Shown: positions 12,928 to 25,600 of the stretch, one piece after another
Position numbering within the stretch: position 1 is the stretch's first letter
Layout: every line of letters begins with the position of its first letter
NCBI RefSeq assembly: GCF_964204645.1
Contig: NC_134030.1
Span: 6,242,778-6,306,777 of the forward strand
Direction: 5' to 3'
Length of the DNA stretch: 64,000 bases
Source of the DNA: Tubulanus polymorphus
Taxonomy: Eukaryota > Animalia > Nemertea
Made by a program: the position numbers and the translations under genes
Notes under the pieces: model-generated
What the model was told of the DNA's origin: nothing
Databases searched by the model: none
Seen by the model: only the letters and a program-made list of their open reading frames with translations

Positions 12928-15900
12928 ATGGACGACATCGAGAGTATACAGGAACCAGCAGGAATTTGTAAAATGTATTTATATTCAGTGGTTTGTTAGA
13001 AAAGAAAGGCAGCAACTTCGATTATTTATATCCTTTATATATTAGTGCTCTCAATTCAATTCAATTAAGATTTTATTCAAACAATATATTACGTTTTACG
13101 GTACCGATGCATGTATGTCCGGTGTAGTTGACTGGCCACTCGGTGTATGTCGGTTGCAACTGAGGGAGACAGCTGTGTCAAGTTGTGAAAAGAGATTATG
13201 CGATAGGACGATAGGTGCAACGCCATCATCCTGGACCTGGTCGTTACTAAAGACTCGCATTGCAGTAATCACTGGCACTGGCAGTCTCAAGGCCACCCTA
13301 CGTCCAACTTAACCAATCATTTCAATCGTTTCAGATGTTTAAAGGATTTGGCAAAATATTCTTGTCCTCGCTGTAATGTCAGATATTGTTCGTCGGTTTG
13401 TTATAAGTCAACAAGTCATGCAGATTGTTCAGAAAGTTTCTACAGAGATTGTTTCATGCAAGGATTGAAGGAATATAATACAGGGTAATACAGTGTGTAA
13501 TTCGATTTCTGAAAGTAGAATCTGACTCACAACTGGGTCGTATTTAGCGTTGTGCTTCATGATGTATTATTTCTGTATTTATAGAGATGACGATCGACGG
13601 AAGATGCAGGAAATGTTGGCCAGATTTGAAAATGAAAATCCGCCTGATGATTTTCTAGATGAATCCGATTCTGATGAAGACACTTTAGAAGATCGATTAC
13701 TAGGATTAGATTTAGGTAAATGTTGTTGCTTCTTCGACTAAAACCTCTCAACATTACTTAAAAGGTTCAACACCGGTATATTTATTACTGAGAATGAATT
13801 TTTGTTTTATTTTGATGCCAGATCGGGACACTGATCAAATCTGGGAAAAACTCACGCATAAAGAACGGAAAGAGTTTGAAGATATGATTCAAGATGGCCG
13901 TCTTGGTAACTTGCTAGAACTGTGGGAACCTTACTGGACTTACAAGGTAAAATCTTCACCTAAAGCCACTTGAAATGGTATAGATTTGATTTTTCTTACC
14001 AGTCACGAGTAATCGTTTATAAACTTTTAATGTTTTTTCAAGCCTTTTATAATTTTTTTCTAGGAATCATTGTTAGTGACCGAGGTTGATCAGCAAAAAG
14101 TCTACGCCAAAAACTCTCCTTCACTGAACAAGAAAATATCGCAGTTTTCGCAATTAATTGTAAGTATATACGTATACATAATCCTGAATTTGAGACAAAA
14201 TAATTTCAATTCAATTACATTGGTTGCCAGTCAGTGCCCGTATCAAGTTCAAAATATTACTTAATGTATTCAAGTGTGTAAATGGCTTGGCACCACAGTA
14301 TTTGCAGGACATTTTGACCGGAACCAGTCCGAATTACCAGATCAGTTTATTCTGACAATCTTATGGTTCTGCGCACAAAAACTTGCCTTGGTGACAGGGC
14401 CTTTTCAGTGTGCGGCCCTAAACTGTGGAACAGTCTTCCATCGGAACTAAAGTCTGCCAAATCCGTTGACAGTTTCAAAACCATGTTAAAGTCCTGGCTG
14501 TTTAAAGAGCACTTCACCACTGAGGAGATAGCACTTTGAACACGTATTGTGGAACGGCGCTATAGTTGAAAGACACTATGTATGTATGTATGTGTGTATA
14601 ACGAAACAGATCGATATATTTTCAGAAGGGAAATGGTTCTCAGTGTATTAGATATAATGTAGTGAATGTACTGTATGGATATGCATACGTCAGTCGATTA
14701 TTTAATGGCGATTATTTAGATATGGCATCACAGGCAGCCCAGGTAGATACATACATGAAGTAGACTCCCTTTTTAAGGTAGGGACACACGAGCGTATTTT
14801 TTCGCCCGATCGCGACGATTAAATTCGCCAGCTTATATGCCCGATATACGAGCGGGCACACGCAGCGATCAAACCGAAATTCGATCAGCGACTGGCACTT
14901 AGTGGGAGAGAGTTAACAAATCACGTGATATCAACATTGCATTCTATTGGTTGATAAAAATGGATCGCTCGGCGGAATTCGTCGAGTGCGGGCAGACGAG
15001 CTAATTTGCGGGCGATCTGATCGCCGGCGTAATAAAAAAAAACCGCGCGAAAATATCAAACATGTTTGATACGGGTGATTCGCCGCGCGACCGAGTCGGA
15101 CGAAAATGTCGTCGCCGTCAGTGACCACACGAGCAATTTTTTCGGGTTATTTATAAATTCGCGGCGATCGGGCGAAAAAATACGCTCGTGTGCTCTTACC
15201 TTTAGATAAGTGAACCACTTGTATTTTACCTCTTGTATAATTTTATGTCTCAATGAGTAAAATATTTCTGAACATTGTTTTTGTTTTGAAGGCTGTTGTG
15301 GATTTATCCGAATCGTTACAAACGAAGAATTTTAACAGCGTTTCTGAATCGGTTCAATCTTGTATCGATCAACTGAATAAGGTATCTATTGAAGTGACAT
15401 CGAATTCGGTTTTAAAATTAAACCCACGGACATAGAAAGACTGTAAGAGGATTTTGACGTTGCAACTCAAATGCGATGAGCCATTTTCAAAAACAAATGC
15501 TATAGCATTTGAGATGAAACATCAAAGTCCTCTTATAGTTTTACTTTGATTGTAGGCTCTATTCTTCAGTGTCTACGGTAACATTCCTACTCGAGTTGCA
15601 CTCAGCCACTTGTTCGGATAAGTTGTTTATTCTCTGTATTTTTCAGCGAGTCGATGAGTTTGGAAATTCTTCCGAGTTTTCAGTTGCTGTTATCGTTGAT
15701 GTTGAAAACATCATCGCCGGACCAAGTACTACTGATGCCACCTATTATACATTAGTTGCACTATCCGATCTTCACAGGATTATAAGAACTGCACGAAAAG
15801 AAATTGATTCAGGTATAAATCAAATCTTTATTGTTATTTCGTTTATTTGCTCATTCATATGTAGAACCTTTGAATTTATTGATTCATGCAATAATTTGTA

Positions 15901-16395
15901 TGTGTTTAGGTTTGAATTCTTGTGATAAGAAGAAAATGAAACCTCACATAATAAACCAACTGAAAAACAACCGAAAGACATATTTCCAATGCGAGAAAAA
16001 AGTTGAATATTTATTGGGGTGGACATCGAAGTATGGTTCATCTCTGTTGAGTTTAATTCCTGAAATTCAAACCTTGTTTTGTAAGTATTTGTTATTACCG
16101 ATTATTAAACTATAATTGATCCTACTGATTGAACCATTTATCAGGTGTTAAAGATCGATGATGATTTGTATTTTGTACAGGTTTAAAGTCGACAGCGATG
16201 ACGTCACATCAACAGGCATTGGAACTAGTAGAAAAACATCTCCAACATTTAAAACCCGACGCTACAACTAAAACTCTAGTTCAGGAAATTCCCTCTGTGA
16301 AAACTAAAATCAAGAAATCAGTTACGTTTACTGAAAATACGGACATTAATGGTGCTAATGATCCACTAGAGACATCTATTGACGATTTGGATTAA
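12928..16395 (+). CDS. ZNHIT2: Zinc finger HIT domain-containing protein 2, ~10 exons
   Basis: Exons approx. 12928-12974, 13335-13484, 13585-13715, 13822-13946, 14064-14159, 14626-14742, 15292-15381, 15647-15812, 15910-16080, 16181-16395. zf-HIT CKIC..AKYSCPRCNVRYCSSVCYKS..HADCSESFYRDC, followed by LEDRLLGLDLD..IWEKLT..ERKEF, WEPYW, NVLYGYAY and KKVEYLLGW, all typical of ZNHIT2. Confidence 0.9.
13050..13320 (-). mobile_element. Probable retroelement 3' fragment in ZNHIT2 intron 1
   Basis: On the minus strand a GC-richer tract ends in AATAAA followed by a (TTGAA)n tail. No recognisable protein motif. Confidence 0.35.
14212..14595 (+). mobile_element. 5'-truncated L2/CR1-group LINE (ORF2 C-terminus plus tail) in ZNHIT2 intron
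   Basis: Translates with one frameshift to LHWLPVSARIKFKILLNVFKCVNGLAPQYL ... LGDRAFSVCGPKLWNSLPSELKSAKSVDSFKTMLKSWLF, the hallmark L2-group ORF2 end, followed by a (TATG)n tail. Confidence 0.9.
14776..15201. mobile_element. PIF/Harbinger-type MITE (426 bp)
   Basis: ~38-bp TIRs AGGTAGGGACACACGAGCGTATTTTTTCGCCCGATCGC / GCGATCGGGCGAAAAAATACGCTCGTGTGCTCTTACCT; TTA target duplication at 14773-14775 and 15202-15204; CpG-rich interior. Confidence 0.85.
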
Positions 16396-16531
16396 CTCGT
16401 AGTTCAGTCTCGGCGTTTAAAGCTTCATGTTACAAGAACGTGTATCATAAAAATCTATTTTGTTATGAAATAATAAACTTTTGTGAAATATATTGTTCGT
16501 TTGTTCTTGTTGCGGTAACGGTTTGGATAAT

Positions 16532-16760
16532 ATACAGAGAATCCCACAATGATAACAAGAAAATTATATTGAGTCCGAAAATGTTCCCTTTGAGCTAGTA
16601 TTTTATTCAACTTTTTGAATATATGATCGTAGTCTTCTTCAGGAGTACTGCTGAATAATCATACTAGAATAAGATCGAAATGTCGAAGAAAATCTTAGCT
16701 CAAGGAAAACTTTTTCAGGCTTGGTATTATTTTTTCGTTATTGTTGTGGGGTTCTCTATC
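16532..16760. repeat. Degenerate foldback element downstream of ZNHIT2
   Basis: Imperfect inverted arms AGAGAATCCCACAATGATAAC / GTTATTGTTGTGGGGTTCTCT, extending inward (TTGAGCTA / TAGCTCAA). Confidence 0.6.
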
Positions 16761-17339
16761 TAAAAAACACAAGTGTTTTATCGCTGTCACTGCGCTTGAC
16801 GGCCAATAATATGTGTGTTGGAGAGGAGGAATCGTCTGGATGAAGGAAATGAGGCACCTAGGTCACTTTATATAAAGAAAAATACAAACTATTCTTTCAT
16901 TCGGTAAGATAAAGCTTTTATTGAGTGTAAAGTGTATACATTAGGAAGCATCCGCAAGTGTAATAGACATGGACGTATGAACAGTCCTTTCAACCTAAGG
17001 GAATGTTGCTCGATTCCCCTCATAAGAGATGCAGCGAAATCCCGTAGCTGTATAGACCCTAACATATATGAAAGTCTTTCATAATAAAAATGGTAAAAAC
17101 TGTTTAATGATTAGCTGAGATTCTTAAATTTAGTAAACATCAAAGCTGCTGCTATCGAGATATTTCCTTAACACTATTTTGTGTTTTTTTTTTGCATAAA
17201 AGCAACCCAGAACACGCAGATATACGTCTCTACGAAATTTAGGTTGCTAATGAATGACCCCTAGAATATATACGGCGCGTAGGAGCTTATACCAAGAATG
17301 GTGATAGTGTGAAGCTAAAGCATCATCATCCAGATCCAT

Positions 17340-20083
17340 CTATTTTTCTTCTTCCTGCATATGACCCCCGGACAGAATGAAATTTTCAATGAATTCGTGA
17401 TAATCAAGTTCCCCATCCTTGTTCGTGTCTTGCGTTTCGATGAATCTGCTAATCTGTTTCATCGTATATTTACTGCATTTAGTTTCTTCCAGGAGTTTCT
17501 GTAGTTCTTTCGCGTTCAGTTTTCCGCTATGATCCTTATCAGCGGCATTGAACACGTGCAACCAGGCCTCCTTCACGTCGTACCTGCAGTGACAAGAATA
17601 AAAACATTCCTAATGTATTTATCCCGATATAGCCTCGGGTCCCTTAATGAAATAAAGGAATGCCTTAATGATACATCGCAACGCTTCCGTGAATTTACCC
17701 TATCAGTCCTTTGAAGAATTCCTGCTTAGTTAACGTCGAAGCGTCTTCATCAGAGTTACAATAAGCGATCACATTCTACAAATACAGTAAGTGCGATATT
17801 CACCGTAAATTCTGCATTTTATCCTTGTATGCAACCTTAATAAATCACCAGAGTGTGGATTAAAAAGCGAGGATTTTCTTGAAGAAAATGCCAGGAAGTG
17901 ACCGCGCGCGCCGCAACGTTTGGCGGGTCAACGCCCGCAAACGAGTCAATCTATTACGACCGTCTCGAAGGAAGGTGAGCTGATCCAGCCTACCGGTCAT
18001 GCCGCGCGTAAAAAGATTTCAGTCTCAAGAAGACAGGAAAAGGATTGTATTTTATTTAAAAGGACCTGGCGAATGAATTAGAATACTCTTAATAGGGCCT
18101 GGTCCAGATACCACATATATACGCGACAAGTTTCAGGAAGATTGACTAAAAAGAAGACTCTAGAAGCAATTGATACCCCATGTATATAATCCTGCACCAC
18201 CGCCCGACCACAAATCATTTTTTGTAGATGTATATCTAATATCATACGTAATACCGTATCAGAAAGATCAAATGAAAAGGTTATGTAATTAATAAATATT
18301 GTAATATCCCATGTACATAAAGCGAGCCATGGAGAATCAATAAAAAACGGCCTAATTTCTGTTGACCGTGTCCACGTGCCGAGTTTCGAAAAGATTGGAT
18401 CAGAATTCAAGAAGACTTATGCAAACTAAAGTTTGACGGACAAAATATCTAAACATTTTTGGCCTGCGCACAAGACCGCGTTTTCTCGTGTTAGCATGGA
18501 CATTTTTGTCCTGCGCGCAAACACAACGTTAAGTGCATGGACATTTTTTATCCTGTGGTATAGAGGTCATCGATGGATGATTCAAATAGGATGTGTGTAT
18601 TGCTAGTGGATTACTCATTCTCCAGAGGGGCGGATACAAATTCCGAGACAATTACGCATACGTAATATATCTTATTTTTCCATTTTTTTCACTGTGTTAT
18701 TCTGTGTAAGGTATCCTTTATTGGTTATTTCAATCACTTGACAAAGTGATCACATAGCGAATGCTCCATGTGATGCGTCCTGTGGTAAGGGACTCGCACT
18801 AAGTTCGCGCCGTCAAGTTTCGAGGATTTTCTACTCGGCATACAGGCTTGATCCGTGATCGTGTGGTTACAAGCGATTCCCTCGACTGTCAGGCGATCTA
18901 GGATGGTCCACACTGGTAGTTCCTCTGCGAGGCAAGCAAATTAAATCTACCCCGGTATTCCATACACGATGATCGAGTGGTATACGTATTGAATTTTGTC
19001 GGCAACATGGAAAAGCCCTGGAGATAAAAATCCGCTCCATATGCGACTCGAGAACGGATTTCCAACAGAATGCATTATCGAAGGTCTGCAATATGAGCTA
19101 GAAAAAAAAACCGTTAGCCAACATATGTATAATTGTTTCATAATTGAATTGTATTTAGGGCAACAACCAATTGATCTATCCAAACACGCATAATATTTGC
19201 GTTAATTTGTCCGTGTAATGTTTCATCCCGTGGAAAAACGATCCACATACCGCATACCACATACCATGTCATGTCTCGCTACGATACCGTCCTAAATTCA
19301 TCACAAATGCTTCGAGTTTACATCGTTTTTATAGCTGATCGTAGAATATCGGCCACCGCGTCGTGTTTATCATTTCGTCTGCTGTAGACGTTTCGGTATA
19401 ATTTGCTCTTAAACTAAAATTTTTTCAAAAGCGTCCAGACCTCGGTGTTAAAAATTCGTCGAGCTTTTAAAATGTTTTGAATTTGCGCTATTCTCCAGGG
19501 TCCAGACAGCTGCATTTATTCAGCGGATTTGTGGCGATTGCGTCATCGTAATTTTCTACCTATATTCATTTTTAAATCAACATATGTTCACAAGCACATG
19601 ATGTATATAAGCAAACTTATATATCGAATATATACACATACATTGATCTTCATTTTCCAGACGGTGTAAAATCTGCATGGTTAGGAAAAAATGATTGATT
19701 AGATATAGCAGTGCCATTGACAACTAGAATAATTTACGCTAGTTCGTATATGCTTGATGAAAAATAAAGTCGAACGCAACGGCAAAAAATAAATGCATTC
19801 TTTTGAGAAACATTCTAATATTTGCGGTAAAAGTAGAGATGACCTCAAAAAGATCCTAACTAATATATATCAAACTTACGTCAGCAAATTGTTCAGGTGT
19901 TTGATTTTTTGGTATGCACACTTTGATGCTCTTCAGAACGGACAGAATTTCAGATTTGCTGAGCGTGCGACTGCCATCCGTATCTGCCTGGTCAAATGCT
20001 TGGTCGTATTTCTTGAATTTCTCTCGAGTTGCCGTGTCAGTGATGCCAACGGCATCGAGTAATTTTTCCAGTGGAATAGCCAT
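17340..20083 (-). CDS. Calmodulin-like EF-hand calcium-binding protein (~174 aa, 3 exons)
   Basis: Exons 20083-19880, 17775-17699, 17583-17340 join in frame. EF loops DTDGSRTLSKSE, degenerate NSDEDASTLTKQE, DKDHSGKLNAKE and DTNKDGELDYHE. Confidence 0.85.
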
Positions 20084-21899
20084 TGTATAGTTCTGTGCAG
20101 TTTTGATGCGATGTGTTTGGAATCTCGTCTGCTCCTGAGCGCAAGCTGCCGTTTGGATGGCAGGACGTCACGTGACCGCGGTGGTGGGCGGGACCGATAG
20201 TTTTGCCAGCAGCACTAATTTACGTAGGCCTAGGAATAAAAGTTCTGAATATCACCGTGTTTGAATTCTCATTTTAAAAATTGTATACACGGAAAACATC
20301 CCATTTTTGCCTTAGTTTGTTTTTAACATTTCACTGAATAAACGTTTTTCGTTCAAAACTGTACAATTTTCCTGGTAAATCAGTAACCGTATTATGAGTG
20401 AAGATTCGGTGGGTTCCTTTTAATTGGCTTGGACTGAAAGACTCGCCGGTCCTCAGTGCCTGGGCTCCGCACGTGTTGTATAACTTAGTTTAATACGTTC
20501 AGCTTTAATGATTTTCTTTTGATTTAAAAAAAGAACCGGGCTAAATATGTTCTGTCGCAGCCCCCTTCCCTTTGCTGGCCTGGTAATTCTGATAGACTCG
20601 ATTTGGGTACATAAATCGTTTTTTGGTGGACTCCCGCGCCGGAATTTGCGCTTCAACGTTAGTTCACATATTCGCTGTTAGAATGGTCTTTTTTCGTTTG
20701 ATTTTTTGATTTGGTGTCCCTTACAAACCCACCACACCTGCCGGGAACGAAACAGGGGGTTTGATTTTGAAGTCGGAAATCGAAGTACAAATATAGTTGT
20801 GTGATCGGCGGTCGAGTTTACAGAATTTTTTGTTTAAATCGAAGTACATAATTTGAAATTTTCGGTTCCGGTTCATTCAAACAATCATCCAAGTAGTCTG
20901 AACCGGCAAGCGACTGATTGGGGTTAATTTAGTTGGCTGCCTAATTTAATACATCAAGATTTAGGAAATAACTATATTACAAGGTTGAAGATCATTTTGT
21001 CAATTTTTAACATTTTTTTGGTCGTTTTCCACGTGTAAATAGTCCGAATGTTTATTGAAGCCTTTCCTCGGGTAGATGTTGGTGTAAAAATCCTCTAAGT
21101 TGATTGTCCCGCGTGCTGACTAGATAAAACGGAAGCACATTTTGAAAAGCAAATTATCCAGATGAGAGTTTGGTCCTGGTATCCGAAGTGTAGTTGTATG
21201 ACATCGACGGTGCACGCTCCGATGAGGATAGGTTTCTCCGTCAAGGGGTGCAGTTGGTACTTCACATCTGGTGCTGAGTTTGCCTAAAAGTAAAAGTTGT
21301 ACACGGGGAGCAGTTTTGTGTTTCTAATATACAGTGCATAGTTAGGTCCGTGGATGCGTCGCGATCAAACAGACAGTGCTATGCGCATTGATAGACCGTC
21401 AGTAAGAAAGCGACACAGGCACGCGAGTTTGATTAATACAATGATACATATGCACAGTCTTGATCGGGTTTTATTTACAGGCATGATCAAAGAAATTGCA
21501 TGCCACTCTGGCGGCTATCTGACAGTGCTAGCGTAATGGAAAACCGTCAGTGATCACCAAGGCGGCACGCCCAGTTAATCATTTGTCACAATTAGGTTTT
21601 TTTTTTTGGTAGGTCTTAATGAGACCGGTGTCAGGAGGCAACCTTCCAATCACCACTGCACAAAAATAGACTGAGCTTGCTATCCTGAAGCCAAAACGGA
21701 GGCAGCTTTCCAGTTATCGCGGCAGTGAGACTGAGTTTACAGTCCAAAACCAGAAACAATAAGGTATCTATGCGTATGTGATGATATAGGACAAAAGTGG
21801 TCAGACAGTTCTATGCGCATTGATAGACCGTCATCCCTGTTCATTCTAAATCAGAACATACCTCAAGTGTCAAAGTCAGGATATGTAGGTGTACTAAAC

Positions 21900-22310
21900 T
21901 AATAAAAGGCGTTAGGTTAAGTAATTAATAGACTACATCGATAGCGTCAATTGTGATTCTGTTTACTGTATTTAGTCCGTTTACGTCTAGGTTTATAAAT
22001 ATATTGTTAAGACTCCAAATATGAAGATTTCGTTGCAGTATTATTTCTTGGTTTATGCGATCTATAAGTGCGTTTTTGAAATAAATTATAGTGTTGATGC
22101 GACCAGAGCCCTGTTCTAGATTGTAATGATTCTTGTTCAAAATGAATTGTGCGAGAAATAAAAGATAGTTCGCAAGTGTGCGTTTGAAAAAGTCTCTTTC
22201 TATTGTTTTGGTAATTCCTGTGTAGACGATGTCTCGAGTGATTCGTATAGGTGTGCCTATTATGCGTTCAAAGATTGGTTGTATGCGTGAATATAATTGT
22301 TGTGCTTCTC
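21900..22310 (-). mobile_element. Probable L1/Tx1-group LINE ORF2 C-terminal fragment
   Basis: The open frame reads YSRIQPIFERIIGTPIRITRDIVYTG...RTLANYLLFLAQFILNKNHY...YFKNALIDRINQE...IWSLNN and resembles the post-zinc-knuckle tail of Tx1-like ORF2. Strand-skewed A-rich composition; no splice sites. Confidence 0.45.
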
Positions 22311-22661
22311 AAATATTCGCTGTTAACGATATACATAGGGGCAGCACGTAACAGTCCAGTTCTAGATTCCTACTGTGGCATGCGAGTAATAAAGTAAATG
22401 TTTGATGAAAAGACCATTCAAATTTCATATCTCCCATAAAAGTTTTTTGTTCTCTTTATGAATTCAACTAAAACAGTGATTTTAATTAGGAGAAGAATAA
22501 GCCCAACTTTTATGCTACAATGCATGTAGTGAGCGTATAGATTGTTTCGACGGACCTCACACCATAATAAGCCTCGCACGGCATTGGGTTTTTATATGCC
22601 ATTTCTGCGCTGGTCGCCTCCACATTCTGACATTACTTTTCGATCGAATCAAAACTTAAAG

Positions 22662-25600
22662 ATGTTGTCGGTTTTTCGTGCTAACGCCGTATCACGGGTG
22701 AGTGTCAAACCATTTTCAACCGATATATCTATACTTCATATTACGGTGCATTGATTAATATACTTATTTTGCTCATGATTTTGTGGAAAACCATCGATTT
22801 TTCCAACTGAACATGATTTGGGAACATTTTACTGAATCTCTTCTTGGTTCATTCTGTTGTAAACATACGTACGATGGTCAAGTTCTAGCAAACTGCAGCA
22901 GCAGTGTGATCTATCATTATCACTTAATTTATTCAGCACAGTTACAATTTTCTCCATATGCTGGAAATTTTAAGGGGTTGCATTAACCCACAATAGTAAA
23001 GATAAAACTTAATGAGCATTTGAAGTTTTGACCCTCTCCCGGGCGGACCGCTTCCTTCAACATATGGGACGCACCCGCGTTCTTAATTTCACGGGAAAAG
23101 GGTTATAGAATTGATTCCAATCACGGGCGGACATCCCCGAGATAATTTAAAAAAGGGGTTGTTTATAAGAAAATACCCGTGAAAATAAAAATTAGGGTGT
23201 ATGGATTTCTAAAATGTGACAAAAATTAAAATGTCGAAAATTTTAAATTATCGTTCCCGGCTATCAGTATCCGGGATCGTTATGAGGAAGTTTCGGGATT
23301 CGAACCGTGTGTATACTTCGTGTCTTCAAACTAACAAACATGATCCTGAGTCATCTGAAATAGTCAAAGCCCTCCACATATCACTTCTTCACCGGGCACT
23401 TGATGATGGCCGGCATGTAACTATGGTTCTGCCAGGGGTTCTACCTACCACATCAAACTGTAGCCAGGCGATCATCGAGAGCCAGGAAAGTGGTCCATTT
23501 TGATCATGTGTGAATGGTAAGATGTAGATAAAGCTATTTTTCATTATAAAGCTTCATAGTTTAACCTCCCTACTTTTTGCAAATAGGGGCTGTTTCAATG
23601 AAATCACCCTAGATTTTCTCCGAAAAGGGGTCATTTGGAGAAACCCATAAAATCTAGGAATGGGTCATTTTTTATGAAAAAGAACGAGCGTGTGCTATCT
23701 TAAGCTGAAGGAAGTGGTCCGCCCGGGGACCCTCTCTCAAAAACTGAAAAAAATGTTTCTTTGAAAATGGCCCATAGAATAAGGTTGAAATGTCAAACGA
23801 TCATTAATTTTATCTTTGTGGGTTTTTTACTTCAAATTGTATTAGACAGTCACTTGTCTATGGAAACCAACACTGTATTATTTCGAAGCAGTCTCAAATA
23901 CTCCAGTTTTTTTAAGGAACTACTGCAATGTTGGAATTCTTGGCATTCCAATTATGATTTCAAAGTGTCATTTCTAGATCTAGCATCTGAAATGATTCTA
24001 CGATTCTACAAATGGAACCTCTTAAAAGTGCAACTTTCTAAACATCGCAACATATCTTGTTAGTTTATTGGGTTAGTTGTGCAAAACTGCTGGTGAAAAA
24101 TTTAACTGTTTTTAGTTAATCTTATTTCTCAGAGCAGTTAGCTGAGGTGAAACTACTAAAACTGACTTGCGATCTAAATTATGGATTGAACCTGCGTTCA
24201 AACTGTCAAAACTAGATTAAGAATCGCTGACATCTTGGGTGTAATCTTAAACCAGCTGTTGTTTACTGCAGGTGTCTTTATTTCAGTTGAACAATATGTC
24301 ACTATTACAATACGGTTTATTCCATAGCATGATCAGAATTTTATCGAGTTCAATTTTGTGACTGATCATTTCTTATCAGTTCAGAACATAGCTGTGGGCC
24401 TCTGGCTTCGACTCTCTAGAATAACTGATAACTAACTGATTTGTCTGTCCTGCTGTCATAGTTAATCAGACGTTTCAGATAGCTGGTTGAATGATATGTA
24501 GAGCATTTCTAAGTTGAGTTTGCTTTTTAGATAAAAAATAACCTTTAGGATAAACTCCTAAGATAACTGTAATGCTTACTTTTCTCAAGTTTTTGCATGT
24601 TTGATACAAGTCAAATAATCAATTAGCCTATATTGTAGTTTTGGGGTGGCTATAAGTTTCTCCTGCTGTTTTATTTAATATTGTGCAGAGGGGCTTAGTT
24701 TTCTTTTGTAAATTCTATAAGACTCGGAAATATTTGTCAAATATGGAAATTACAACGCAGTTCTAATTAAAATCACTGTAGGTCTATTCAGTGTTGTAAT
24801 GCCACTTCAAGTGGTAATATTAGTATCCTGCTGATTTATCAATTACTACTTATTTATCATTCCATTTATTACAAGAGTTGTTTGAAGTTTCTTCACCATA
24901 AAATCCTATCACCCCTAGTATAATATTGATATAAATATTTTCATTATATTCAAGTCTTCATGAATTAATAATGCCAACTGAAAGGTGCTATATTTAAATG
25001 ACAGTTGACATATTTCAAGTTAATGGTCTCTGTCTGACATCTAAGAAATTACTGATGGTCTTCATTGTCTTGACCCCACCATGACCTTTTACAGAAGTAA
25101 AGAATATTGTGAATAATTATGACCATTCTGGTATAATGGAGAAAATATTGAAGGTTGTGGCCTGCCATGAATTATAACCAAATTATTTCCCTAAGCTCTT
25201 TTTTCAATATAATCAGTTTTTCATTTTTTGTAATTTCTAGCTGTTGCGTCAGGGAACTAATGTAGTTGCGAACAGTAGTCGAACAGTTTGGTCAGAACAA
25301 ACCTCTGTTGAACAAGATGACCCCGAATTATTTGATCTGCTTGAAAAAGAGAAAGATCGTCAAACCCGCGGATTGGAACTCATCGCATCTGAGGTAGAAA
25401 AATCGTCCGGTCAATAATCCAAAATTCATGTTCTCTCTCCTTTTATTATTTTTCTGTTAGTGCACATCTTTGTGTCACACATTTTTGTTTTTTGTCTGTT
25501 TGTTATTATTGTTGTTTTCTTCATTCACAATCTTATACTTTGGATTTATGATGAATAAATTGAAATTGAAATTGTCAAACCTCACAGTCATGGTAATTTT

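Noticed and set aside
18078-19200. Possible nested gene in the EF-hand gene intron (ORFs of 65-110 aa)
   Set aside because: No recognisable domain or consistent exon chain; flanked by repeat-like GGACATTTTTGTCCTG units, so more likely transposon debris.
22698-25240. Alternative first exon for a cytosolic SHMT isoform
   Set aside because: Plausible by analogy with other animals, but I found no convincing ATG-plus-donor exon and exon 2 has no in-frame Met.
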